NCBI GenBank assembly: GCA_051531975.1
Contig: JAOPTT010000009.1
Span: 192,001 to 256,000 of the forward strand
Origin: Spirochaetaceae bacterium
GTDB taxonomy: Bacteria > Spirochaetota > Spirochaetia > DSM-2461
Reading direction: 5' to 3'
DNA length: 64,000 bases
Shown: in pieces, positions 52,485-62,171 of the stretch
Numbering within the stretch: position 1 is the stretch's first letter
How the letters are laid out: every line of letters begins with the position of its first letter
Translations under genes and position numbers: made by a program
The notes under the pieces: generated by a model
What the model saw: the letters and a program-made list of their open reading frames with translations, nothing else
Database searches by the model: none
What the model was told of the DNA's origin: nothing

Positions 52485-52500
52485 TAAAGCAAATCATAAA

Positions 52501-52534
52501 AAGATAGGACACTAAATCCATAGTGTCCTATCTT
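52501..52534 (+). terminator. Intercistronic stem-loop after the SBP gene
   Basis: aagataggacacta-aatcca-tagtgtcctatctt. Confidence 0.6.
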
Positions 52535-52563
52535 ATATTAAAATAAATTAAGTAGAGGGTAAT

Positions 52564-54357
52564 ATGAATTCAGCTAATAGGTTTAAATCCTTTATAAAAA
52601 AACCTCACAATATAATTTTGGTAACGTTGGTTGTAGTTTTGACTTACCTGACGGTTGTCCCATTGTTTACAATATTAATGGACACATTTAAAGTTCATTC
52701 ATCTGAACTTATGCAGATTAAAGGTTCACGTCTAGGAGATCTGACACTTTTTCACTGGAAGCAGGTTTTTTTTAATCCAGAAAATAGTGCTAAAATTTTC
52801 TATATTCCATTTTTAAATACACTGGGAGTGGCCCTTGGTACATGTTTTATTTCCCTTACTTTAGGGGGGATGTTTGCATGGCTTATTACCAGAACCAATC
52901 TTAGATATAAAAATTTGATGTCCACCCTTTTTATATTTCCATATATTATGCCTTCGTGGACTCTAGCTATGGCATGGTTGAATTTCTTTAAAAATGATCT
53001 AGTAGGGGGAGTTCCAGGATTCTTCACATCAATAACTGGTCTTATGACACCAAACTGGTTTGCATATGGTGCATTTCCTATTGTTATGGTTCTTGGACTT
53101 CACTATGCACCTTTTGCTTATATACTTATTGGTGGAATCCTCCGAAATATGGATGCTAATCTTGAAGAAGCAGCCTTGATCCTAAAAGCAAGCCGTGCAA
53201 AAATTATGTGGAGGGTAACTATACCTATTGTCCTACCAGCAGTGTTGTCCACTTTTCTTCTAGTTTTTTCTAGTTCTATGAGTGCCTTTGCAGTTCCAGC
53301 TTTTCTTGGAACGCCAGTTAGATTCCAAGTTTTAACAACCCAGATGTTTAGGACTTTAAACGGTCTGAATCCGGGATACGGCTATCTAATGGCTCTGGTT
53401 ATGATTCTAATAGGTGTGTTTATACTTTCAGTTAATCAGAAAATTATTGGGAAAAGACGTTCCTATACAACTATTACCGGTAAGAGTTCTAATATAGCGC
53501 TTATTAAATTAAGGAAAATAAGAACACCTCTATCTATTCTATTAATGGCTATGATTCTTATGGTATGTATAATGCCTTTAATTTCTTTTGCTGTTGAGTC
53601 ATTTATTATGGAACCGGGAAATTACTCCCTAAGTAATCTAACGACTCAGTTCTGGGTAGGAGAAGGTAGCCTTGAGATTGCTAATGGAGAACCTGGTGTC
53701 TTACGTAATCCATCAATTTTTACAGGATTGATGAATAGTATAAAGTTATCAGTTATAATCTCCTTTATTGCAGGTACCGTAGGGATTTTGGCTGGATATG
53801 CAATAGTGAAAAGAAAAAATTCAAAGCTATCCCTTGCAGTCAACAATCTAGCTTTTTTCCCTTATCTAATGCCTAGTATGGCTTTTGGAGCAATATACCT
53901 CTCCATGTTTGCTATACGTCGTGGATTTATTCCATCTCTTTACGGTTCCTTCGCTCTACTTGTTCTTATCGGTGCGGTTAAATATCTACCCTTCGCTTCC
54001 AGGGCAGGCGTTAGTGCTATGCATCAGCTTAGTAATGAAATAGAAGAAGCCGCAACTATTATCGGTATTTCATGGTTTAAGCGAATGACACAAATTATTA
54101 TACCCATTCAAAAGACGAGTTTTTTATCGGGATATTTATTACCTTTTATATCGTGTATGAGAGAATTATCGCTTTTTATACTTCTTGTTACACCTTCATC
54201 AAAAATTCTTACAACCATGCTCTTTCAATATAATGAGAAAGGTTGGAATCAGTATGCCAATGCCATAAATCTGATGATTGTAAGCATAGTCGTTATTAGT
54301 AATGTTTTAATAAACAAATTTACAGGAGCTTCTGTAGATAAAGGAATAGGGGGCTAA
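52564..54357 (+). CDS. FbpB/AfuB-class fused ABC permease
   Basis: Two EAA motifs (LEEAALIL, IEEAATII). Confidence 0.9.
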   Translation: MNSANRFKSFIKKPHNIILVTLVVVLTYLTVVPLFTILMDTFKVHSSELMQIKGSRLGDLTLFHWKQVFFNPENSAKIFYIPFLNTLGVALGTCFISLTLGGMFAWLITRTNLRYKNLMSTLFIFPYIMPSWTLAMAWLNFFKNDLVGGVPGFFTSITGLMTPNWFAYGAFPIVMVLGLHYAPFAYILIGGILRNMDANLEEAALILKASRAKIMWRVTIPIVLPAVLSTFLLVFSSSMSAFAVPAFLGTPVRFQVLTTQMFRTLNGLNPGYGYLMALVMILIGVFILSVNQKIIGKRRSYTTITGKSSNIALIKLRKIRTPLSILLMAMILMVCIMPLISFAVESFIMEPGNYSLSNLTTQFWVGEGSLEIANGEPGVLRNPSIFTGLMNSIKLSVIISFIAGTVGILAGYAIVKRKNSKLSLAVNNLAFFPYLMPSMAFGAIYLSMFAIRRGFIPSLYGSFALLVLIGAVKYLPFASRAGVSAMHQLSNEIEEAATIIGISWFKRMTQIIIPIQKTSFLSGYLLPFISCMRELSLFILLVTPSSKILTTMLFQYNEKGWNQYANAINLMIVSIVVISNVLINKFTGASVDKGIGG

Positions 54358-54361
54358 TCCA

Positions 54362-55480
54362 ATGCCAGAAATTATACTTAAAAACTTAACAAAAAAATTC
54401 GGAAAATTTGTAGCAGTTGAAAATCTTAACATGACAATAAACGACAGGGATTTTGTGAGTCTTCTTGGTCCATCGGGCTGTGGGAAGACTACAACACTCA
54501 GAATGATTGCCGGATTGGAATCGCCAACAGAAGGAGAGATCTGGATTGATAACAAACTTGTATTTTCTTCGGAAACAGGAGTTGATATCTCCCCTGATAA
54601 AAGGAATGTTGGTTTTCTTTTTCAGAATTATGCTTTATGGCCCCATATGACAGTTCATAAAAATATAGCTTTTGGGCTAGAAAATATGAAGTGGGAAAAA
54701 GAGGATATTAACAACAGGGTAAATGAATTATTAACGATGCTTAAGATCGAAGAGTTCGCTGGGCGTTATCCCTCAGAATTATCTGGTGGACAGCAGCAAC
54801 GGGTAGCAATAGCCCGTACCCTTGCAACCGGTCCTAAGGTTCTGTTTATGGATGAACCTCTTTCCAATCTGGATGCCAAGCTTAGAATGGAAATGAGAAC
54901 AGAACTTAAAAGACTGCATATAGAGACAGATTGCACCTTTGTATATGTAACCCATGACCAGTTAGAAGCTATGACACTTTCAACCAAAATATGTATGTTG
55001 AAAGATGGATTCCTTCAGCAGTATGATCCTCCACTAGAGGTTTATCATAATCCTGGGAATTCATTTGTTGCAGATTTTGTTGGTAGTCCAAATATGAATA
55101 TATTAGAAACAACTGGTAACAATACAAATCTGGATGAGATACTTCTTAAATCTGAAAATATCGAACTTATGTATACACCTGTTTCATCAAGTATTACAGT
55201 ACAGAAAGATCAGAAACTTCTACTTGGTATACGACCCGAGGATATTATTATCGAGGAGAATGGTAAACTTAAGGGAGTCGTTTATTCGACACTTCCATCA
55301 GGGATGGAGACAATTGTAAAAATCGATATTAATGGAACTATACTTACAAGTGTTGTATTCAGGGGGTCTGATTTTCAGGTAGGAAAAGAGATCGCTATCA
55401 GTTTCAAAGAAGATAGGTATATCCTTTTTGATGCGGAAAACGGAAAAAACCTGACACAAGGAAAACTTAGTACTTTATAG
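54362..55480 (+). CDS. ABC transporter ATP-binding protein (FbpC/MalK-like)
   Basis: GPSGCGKTT, LSGGQQQR, DEPLSNLD, VTHDQ. Confidence 0.93.
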   Translation: MPEIILKNLTKKFGKFVAVENLNMTINDRDFVSLLGPSGCGKTTTLRMIAGLESPTEGEIWIDNKLVFSSETGVDISPDKRNVGFLFQNYALWPHMTVHKNIAFGLENMKWEKEDINNRVNELLTMLKIEEFAGRYPSELSGGQQQRVAIARTLATGPKVLFMDEPLSNLDAKLRMEMRTELKRLHIETDCTFVYVTHDQLEAMTLSTKICMLKDGFLQQYDPPLEVYHNPGNSFVADFVGSPNMNILETTGNNTNLDEILLKSENIELMYTPVSSSITVQKDQKLLLGIRPEDIIIEENGKLKGVVYSTLPSGMETIVKIDINGTILTSVVFRGSDFQVGKEIAISFKEDRYILFDAENGKNLTQGKLSTL

Positions 55481-55554
55481 TACTCATAAACTTAGGGATG
55501 TGGGATTAAGCTTTACTTTTAGAGATTCATTGGGGATAATCTTAAGGACAAGGT

Positions 55555-56259
55555 TTGTACGGGAGGTTTGTTATTAATAGGAAAATACTTATTATTGATG
55601 ATGAAATACATATCATCGAATTAATTTCTATGAACTTAAAGAATCAGGGATACAGAACTGTTCATGCACTTTCGGGAGAAGAAGGGCTAAAAATTGCCGC
55701 CCAGGAGCTGCCAGATCTAATTTTACTTGATCTTATGATGGAAGGTATTGACGGAATAGAAACATGCAGACGTTTCAAAACAGATCCAGTACTTGAGAAT
55801 ATTCCTGTTATTATGGTTACTGCTAAAAGTGAAGAAACTGACAAAGTAATAGGCCTTGGAATAGGCGCTGATGATTATTTAACTAAACCGTTTAGCCTCA
55901 GAGAGCTTTTTGCCAGAATATCCGCCGTTTTAAGAAGAGTGGGTAAATACAGTAGTGGTAATATTTTAAGAATTAACGATCTTATTATTGACTCCCTTCA
56001 GTATAAAGTAACTAAAGGTAGCGAAACTATAAACCTTACCCTTACTGAATTTAGAATTCTTCATCTGTTGGTTTTAAACAAAGGAAATGCAATCAGCCGA
56101 GGGAGAATTCTTTCTGACATACTAGGTAAAGATGCTTCCCAGGATGATCGGATTCTAGATGTCCATATTAGGAACCTTAGAATGAAACTTACTATAGATT
56201 CTATACAGGCTGTAACTATAGAGACAGTACGTGGAGTCGGTTATCAGATACTTAGGTAA
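55555..56259 (+). CDS. OmpR/PhoB-family response regulator
   Basis: KILIIDDE, LLDLMM, GADDYLTKPFS, IETVRGVGY. Confidence 0.92.
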   Translation: MYGRFVINRKILIIDDEIHIIELISMNLKNQGYRTVHALSGEEGLKIAAQELPDLILLDLMMEGIDGIETCRRFKTDPVLENIPVIMVTAKSEETDKVIGLGIGADDYLTKPFSLRELFARISAVLRRVGKYSSGNILRINDLIIDSLQYKVTKGSETINLTLTEFRILHLLVLNKGNAISRGRILSDILGKDASQDDRILDVHIRNLRMKLTIDSIQAVTIETVRGVGYQILR

Positions 56260-56262
56260 TTT

Positions 56263-58026
56263 ATGAATAATAGGCGTATTTACGGTATTTTTACATTGTT
56301 ATCTGTCCTGTTTATTGTTGTTGTTTTATCTTTCTATTTAAGAACAGTCAGTATGTATGTCTATCAAGCCAGAAATAATGGATTAATTTTGATAGATTTG
56401 GTCGCTGGTGATCTTTTGGTAGAAAATGATAATGGAAAACCTGATTTTCAGTCTACTGCTATAAAATTTGCCAAAATAACAGGAGCCAGACTGATTATCA
56501 TAAATAAAGATTCCAAATTACTTGCCGATTCGTGGAAAGAGTATATTTCGGGCATCTACTATGATTCTGTTTTATCAGAAGCAAAAAAGGGTGAAACATC
56601 ATATAAGGTCTACAGGAGTCCTCTCGATGATACACTTGTAATGAGTATCGCCCGGCCTCCAGTTTTGATTGGTGATCAGAATATCCTGATAGAAGTGGTT
56701 AATGAAATTCCCGGGGTATTAGGAATTAATAGAATTCTTTTTCAGACATTATGTTGTATGTTTTTTATTCTGTTAATTGGGATAATTATTTTAATAGATA
56801 TTTTTAATAAACGGGTGAAAACCCAGATGAAAACACTATTAGAATCAACAGAAAGAGCAATGCAGAGTGGACTTAACAATATAACTGTTCAGTCGTCGAG
56901 CGAGGAAGTTGGAAAGCTAGTTGAGCATTTTAATACTATTGTTAATCGTTATAACAATCTTGTAGTTGCGGACAACAAAAAGTATAGCCGTATTAATACT
57001 GTATTCTCTAGTATAGGTAGTGGTATTATTGCTTTGGATTCTAATAATAAAATCAGTATGGTAAACTCTCAGGCTGAAAGTTTGTTAAATATCGATAAAG
57101 CAGATCTTTTCAGTTCCCGGATAGACAGAAAAGTCCTGAATCCGGTTCTTGTCACGATTCTGGAACATACTGAAAGTGTTAATAAGACCCGAATAGATCA
57201 AAATTTTTCTATTCAGGATGATAATAATAATATCCTTGATGTTACAGTCACGGTTATAAACAATAAGTATATTCCATACGATCATTTTGGAGTATTAGCA
57301 GTAATAGTTGATGTAACGGAAATGCGAAGGTTGGAAAACTTGAGGAGTGAGTTTATTTCCAATGTCTCTCATGAGTTAAGAACCCCGCTGACTCTTATAG
57401 GTGGATTTGTTGAAACTCTAAAAAATTGGAATGTATTAACTGAGCAGGATCGAAATAGATCTCTGGATATTATAGAGATTGAAACCGACAGGCTTAAACG
57501 ACTTATTTCGGAGTTGTTACTGCTTTCTAAAATAGAAAGTAAAATTGTAAGGAAGCATGAAACATTTATACAAGCTGACTCTCTGGTTTTGGAAGTTATT
57601 AGGTCTCTTATGCCTCTGGCTGAAAAAAAAGGGATAGAGTTTGTTAATCAGATAGACAAAAATATCCCTCATCTAAAGGGTGTAGATAGCTGGTTTAGAC
57701 AGATAATTGTGAACCTTTGTGAAAATGCAATAAAATATACCCCTGAAGGTGGACGGATTTCTGTAGAAGTTGGTAGAGAAGATCAATCACTTCTGATAAA
57801 GGTGAAAGATAATGGGATCGGAATACCACTAAAAGATCAGGAGAAGATCTTCGAACGCTTTTACCGAGTGGATAAGTCCAGGAACAGCCGAATTGGTGGT
57901 AGTGGACTAGGGTTGGCAATTGCACGTCATATAGCCAATGAATTTGGTGGAGACATTCTCCTGGAAAGCAAAGAGGGGGAAGGAAGTGATTTTACAGTAT
58001 CTCTTCCTTTTCGAGAAGAAAATTGA
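56263..58026 (+). CDS. PhoR-like sensor histidine kinase
   Basis: 2 TM, PAS-like region, EFISNVSHELRTPLT, IFERFYRVDKSR, GGSGLGL. Confidence 0.92.
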   Translation: MNNRRIYGIFTLLSVLFIVVVLSFYLRTVSMYVYQARNNGLILIDLVAGDLLVENDNGKPDFQSTAIKFAKITGARLIIINKDSKLLADSWKEYISGIYYDSVLSEAKKGETSYKVYRSPLDDTLVMSIARPPVLIGDQNILIEVVNEIPGVLGINRILFQTLCCMFFILLIGIIILIDIFNKRVKTQMKTLLESTERAMQSGLNNITVQSSSEEVGKLVEHFNTIVNRYNNLVVADNKKYSRINTVFSSIGSGIIALDSNNKISMVNSQAESLLNIDKADLFSSRIDRKVLNPVLVTILEHTESVNKTRIDQNFSIQDDNNNILDVTVTVINNKYIPYDHFGVLAVIVDVTEMRRLENLRSEFISNVSHELRTPLTLIGGFVETLKNWNVLTEQDRNRSLDIIEIETDRLKRLISELLLLSKIESKIVRKHETFIQADSLVLEVIRSLMPLAEKKGIEFVNQIDKNIPHLKGVDSWFRQIIVNLCENAIKYTPEGGRISVEVGREDQSLLIKVKDNGIGIPLKDQEKIFERFYRVDKSRNSRIGGSGLGLAIARHIANEFGGDILLESKEGEGSDFTVSLPFREEN

Positions 58027-58047
58027 AATAAATCAGGAGTTCAAAAT

Positions 58048-58917
58048 ATGAATTTTATAATAGTAACCGGTATGTCCGGTGCAGGAAAGTCAACAGTGCT
58101 CAATACTCTAGAAGATATCGGGTATTACTGTAGTGATAACATTCCTCCACAGTTAATTATGCATTATGCTGAGATCCTTCATGACGAAAAAAAGGATATC
58201 CATAAGATAGCTTTAGTTGTTGATTCCAAAGGTATGGAAATATTTGAGAGTTTTCAACAAAGTTTGGATGATTTATCAGCGGAAAATTATGTCTATAAAC
58301 TTCTATTTTTAGATGCTGACAATAAAGTTCTACTTAATCGATATAAGGAAGGAAGACGGAGGCATCCTCTAGCTAAAAATGATGCTTATTCGTTAGAAGG
58401 TTCCATTAACAATGAACGGGATCTATTGAATTCTGTAAGGGATGAAGCAGATTTTATAATAGATACTTCTCTAATTTCTCCATCTCAGCTTAAAACAAGA
58501 ATTGTCGATTTGTTCCTTGAGGATGAGAGAAAAGGATTAACTATTATTTGTATGTCGTTTGGGTTCAAGAATGGATTACCTCCAGAGGTGGATTTAGTTT
58601 TTGATCTCCGATGCCTTCGAAATCCATTTTATGTCCCCGAGCTAAAAGAGAGAACTGGGCTTGAATCTGCAGTTAGTGATTATGTTATGGACCATCAGGA
58701 AAGTCTGGATTTCTATGGTAAAATTTATGATCTAGTAGAATTTTCATTACCATTATATATCAGAGAAGGAAAGAGTTGCTTGGTAATTGGTATGGGTTGT
58801 ACAGGAGGAAAGCACCGTTCCGTTACCTTTGCAGAGCGACTTGCTAAGCAATTAATCGATTCTGATTACAAGGTTAATATTGTACACCGTGACGTTAATA
58901 AAATAAATCAATATTAG
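58048..58917 (+). CDS. rapZ: RNase adapter protein RapZ (YhbJ/YvcJ family)
   Basis: VTGMSGAGKS, DNIPP, RRRHPL, SFGFKNG, NPFYVPEL, GCTGGKHRSV. Confidence 0.93.
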   Translation: MNFIIVTGMSGAGKSTVLNTLEDIGYYCSDNIPPQLIMHYAEILHDEKKDIHKIALVVDSKGMEIFESFQQSLDDLSAENYVYKLLFLDADNKVLLNRYKEGRRRHPLAKNDAYSLEGSINNERDLLNSVRDEADFIIDTSLISPSQLKTRIVDLFLEDERKGLTIICMSFGFKNGLPPEVDLVFDLRCLRNPFYVPELKERTGLESAVSDYVMDHQESLDFYGKIYDLVEFSLPLYIREGKSCLVIGMGCTGGKHRSVTFAERLAKQLIDSDYKVNIVHRDVNKINQY

Positions 58918-58987
58918 TTTATATTAAAATTCTAGCAATATTAGTAAGGAGATCAAATAAAAATGGTTATGAAGTGTAAGAATATAA

Positions 58988-60463
58988 ATGCTGAATGAAT
59001 ATAAATGTTCTGTACGTAAACATAGTAAAAAGCAGTTGGAAATTAAAGTTGAATATCCACTTATAGAAGATGAGAAAATCAGTAACTTCTCACTGGAACT
59101 CTATTATTTTTTCCCATCTCAGCTACATGTTAATGAAAAAAGAATTGGCCTAAAAAACTTTCTAAACAGTATGTTAATAAATACACGGTTCTCTTCCCCA
59201 CTTATTCGTCTAGAAAATGTTCTGGATCTAGATTACGACCTAAGCCCATTAATCAGAATTGAGAAATTATTAAACGATCACGACCTAGGTAATTCAAAAA
59301 TTCATAATAAACTTTTATACGAATTACAAACTCTGTGTAACTTATATCGGACAGAAATTACAAACTTGGTTAAGCTTATAAAAAGAGAAATAAAGAAAGG
59401 ACAACGAGAGGATATATATCTGGAAAGAATAGTTTTAATGATAAAAACTGTTAAAATATTTCTAGTGCGTTTTAGAAACTTACATATGTTGTTTCTAAAT
59501 CATCATATCCACGAAGATCTTAGAACAGCACTACTCTGGGCTGACGAATCCATAAGTATTATTACAGGCCGGTGTTTTATAAACCTTTTTGATAGTTGTG
59601 AAAGTCATTTAGACGAGTATAAATTTAGAGATAAAATAAAGAACGTAATCGAAAAAGAGGTCACTTATAGAAAATCTATGAACTTTAGGTATCAGTACGA
59701 TAAAAACAATCCATTATGTGGAGAGACAATGGCGTACAGAGATAGTGTATTAAAAAAATGGTACCAGAGTTCCATGTATATGAACAATGAAAATAGTAAT
59801 ACACCTAAAAGAATAGGGCACATTATGGCTGGGATTGCGGCTGGTGTTGCTATGGCTTTAACTGTATTTATAGTAATGTTTGCAGAGAGTTATTTCCCTA
59901 AAAATAGCAGTCTGTTAATTATGGCTATAGTTCTGTCTTATATATTAAAAGATAGAATAAAAGAGATTTTACGTACAGCTTTTGGTAATATGCTTCCAAG
60001 ACTAACAACAGACCAGCAGTCTAATCTATTTGATCCAGCATTAAAAAGCAAAGTTGGTAGATCATCTGGAGCAGTTAGTTTTGTGTCTTCTGCTACCATA
60101 CCAGAAGTTGTTAATAAAATAAGATATAAACAACCTAATCCCTTTAGGAAAATTTTACCTGAAAATGATATTTTTCATTATAAAAGAAGAATAAAAATAA
60201 AGTCCGGGATATTAAAAAAGAACCACTCTAGGCTGGAATCTATAACCGAGATTATACGTTTTCAAATAGACGACTGGTTAAAGGATATGGATGATAGCAA
60301 GGCTGATCTATGGTATCTAGAAGATGATAAAAGAATTAAAATAAACGGCGGACGTGTCTATAGAGTACACCTTATAGTCGCTCTTAATACAGACAAGTTC
60401 TACCACTATAAATTAATTATTAACAGATCTGGAATACTTAGAATTTTAAAAGAGGATGTTTAA
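58988..60463 (+). CDS. Hypothetical protein with two C-proximal TM helices
   Basis: 491-aa ORF; GIAAGVAM and SYILKDRIKE hydrophobic hairpin. Confidence 0.7.
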   Translation: MLNEYKCSVRKHSKKQLEIKVEYPLIEDEKISNFSLELYYFFPSQLHVNEKRIGLKNFLNSMLINTRFSSPLIRLENVLDLDYDLSPLIRIEKLLNDHDLGNSKIHNKLLYELQTLCNLYRTEITNLVKLIKREIKKGQREDIYLERIVLMIKTVKIFLVRFRNLHMLFLNHHIHEDLRTALLWADESISIITGRCFINLFDSCESHLDEYKFRDKIKNVIEKEVTYRKSMNFRYQYDKNNPLCGETMAYRDSVLKKWYQSSMYMNNENSNTPKRIGHIMAGIAAGVAMALTVFIVMFAESYFPKNSSLLIMAIVLSYILKDRIKEILRTAFGNMLPRLTTDQQSNLFDPALKSKVGRSSGAVSFVSSATIPEVVNKIRYKQPNPFRKILPENDIFHYKRRIKIKSGILKKNHSRLESITEIIRFQIDDWLKDMDDSKADLWYLEDDKRIKINGGRVYRVHLIVALNTDKFYHYKLIINRSGILRILKEDV

Positions 60464-60532
60464 AATCCAGACCAGAAAGTGAATCTAAGTGGTACGAATA
60501 AATATTGGTATAATTATTACTGATGAAAAGTG

Positions 60533-61723
60533 TTAATAAGTAATACTATTAATTATATCCATATCAACTTCTAAAGCTTTAAACAGTGGATATTCCACAT
60601 CGACCATAGCTTTCATTGTTGTAAAAGTTGTATCGTATGTCCCATCATATGAGTAATCAAAATATACACCATTCGGTTCTGTCTCTAACAATACATAGTT
60701 TACATCCTGTGTAATAGCTGTTCCACCATTTTGCTCATCGTATTGCCAACCAGTTATGTTTGTATATTGTTCAGTAGTTGTAGTAAGAGTTAGAATTAAA
60801 GAGTTACCACTGTCGTAGACATAATAGACCCCAGAAATAAGTTGTAGAGTATGTGAATTTAATAATGGAAGAGCTTTTTTTAGAGAGTAAAAATTATCAG
60901 TTGTAGCATTATATTCATAACCTAGTAATTTTGGATTTGATCCTGTTATTTGTTCTGTATATGTTCTTGTTTCTACTATTGAGTCATCAACTACTAATAT
61001 ACCTTCTAAAGTATTGCTACCACCGTCTGAAAATAGATTAAATCCCAAACCTGTATTATCATTACTAGAATAAACAAATGTATCAATAACCCCTAAAATC
61101 TCTGCTTCTCTAAAATAATTTAATGTACCGTTTTCATTAAAAATTCTAGTAATATAATTATAATCAACACCAAGTAAATTACGATTTATATAAGAATCAA
61201 TATATTTGTTCGCAGTATTATACATTATGTATCTTTTTATAATGGAACCATTATTATTTAGATATATTGTTGATTCTATATCAAGTTCTCCACTTGAATC
61301 CTCTAATATTTTAATAGTTAAATTCGTTAAACTATCACTGAAATTTATGACTATAGAGTTATCATCTGCCAATGTAAAACTAATTCCATCTAATCCAAGA
61401 AGATCAATATCATCATCTTCTGTAATCGTACTACTTTGGGAATAATCGATAATGGCGTTATAGATATTTATTTCCATTAAGTCTACAGATTCATAGATAA
61501 ACTCTAACTCATTAATATTTGCATTATCTAGGTTAGTTTCAGTTAATATTACTCTACTTATACTTCTAGACATAGAAGTAGGAAGATCTATGTTAATTTT
61601 TGAAAAGGCCGAGATCTGATCAGTTAGATCTGCTCCAGAGGGACTATCTTCAATTGGATCGCAACTAAAAAATAGGAAGACCAAAAGAAAACTTATTATT
61701 ACTTTCTTCATAAACATCACCAC
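60533..61723 (-). CDS. Hypothetical lipoprotein
   Basis: MKKVIISFLLVFLFFSC lipobox; acidic, Thr/Asn-rich. Confidence 0.7.
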   Translation of the reverse strand: MVMFMKKVIISFLLVFLFFSCDPIEDSPSGADLTDQISAFSKINIDLPTSMSRSISRVILTETNLDNANINELEFIYESVDLMEINIYNAIIDYSQSSTITEDDDIDLLGLDGISFTLADDNSIVINFSDSLTNLTIKILEDSSGELDIESTIYLNNNGSIIKRYIMYNTANKYIDSYINRNLLGVDYNYITRIFNENGTLNYFREAEILGVIDTFVYSSNDNTGLGFNLFSDGGSNTLEGILVVDDSIVETRTYTEQITGSNPKLLGYEYNATTDNFYSLKKALPLLNSHTLQLISGVYYVYDSGNSLILTLTTTTEQYTNITGWQYDEQNGGTAITQDVNYVLLETEPNGVYFDYSYDGTYDTTFTTMKAMVDVEYPLFKALEVDMDIINSITY

Positions 61724-62053
61724 ATTTTAAAATTTTTAATACCTATAAGTATTATAAGCCCAAAAGAATTAGAAGTAAATTAACTATACATGAATAAGGT
61801 AAGGTTAATAGGAATATTAATTTAACCTTAAGTTATTACTGTTTTTGTAATTAAAGGCCTAATTTTACAACTTATATTCAAACAATACATTCTGTAGTGA
61901 TTCGCAACTTAAAAATAATATAGTTTTACATAACCTCTTATACCAAAAGACTTTATAGTCAATTCTGTGTATTTTATCTATTCGATTAAGAGCTTAATAG
62001 GTTTCTTTTTTTTTACTTTAGTAGACTAAATATAATTAATATCAATTTATAAG

Positions 62054-62146
62054 TTGACAGAATTTGAGTAGAGGATGTAGGATACTGTAAACGTTTACAG
62101 TATAATTCTTAAAACGTTTACAGTGATTCACTTAAAACGTTTACGA
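62054..62146 (+). promoter_or_regulatory. melA promoter with three LacI/GalR-type operators
   Basis: TTGACA at 62054; perfect palindrome atactgtaaacgtttacagtat (62082..62103) plus two aaaacgtttac copies at 23-bp period. Confidence 0.75.
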
Positions 62147-62171
62147 TATATCTATTTTTAAGGTTAGGGTA

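Noticed and set aside
55555..58026. Naming the two-component system phoB/phoR
   Set aside because: Family resemblance only; no pst or phoU genes are nearby, so the signal is unknown.
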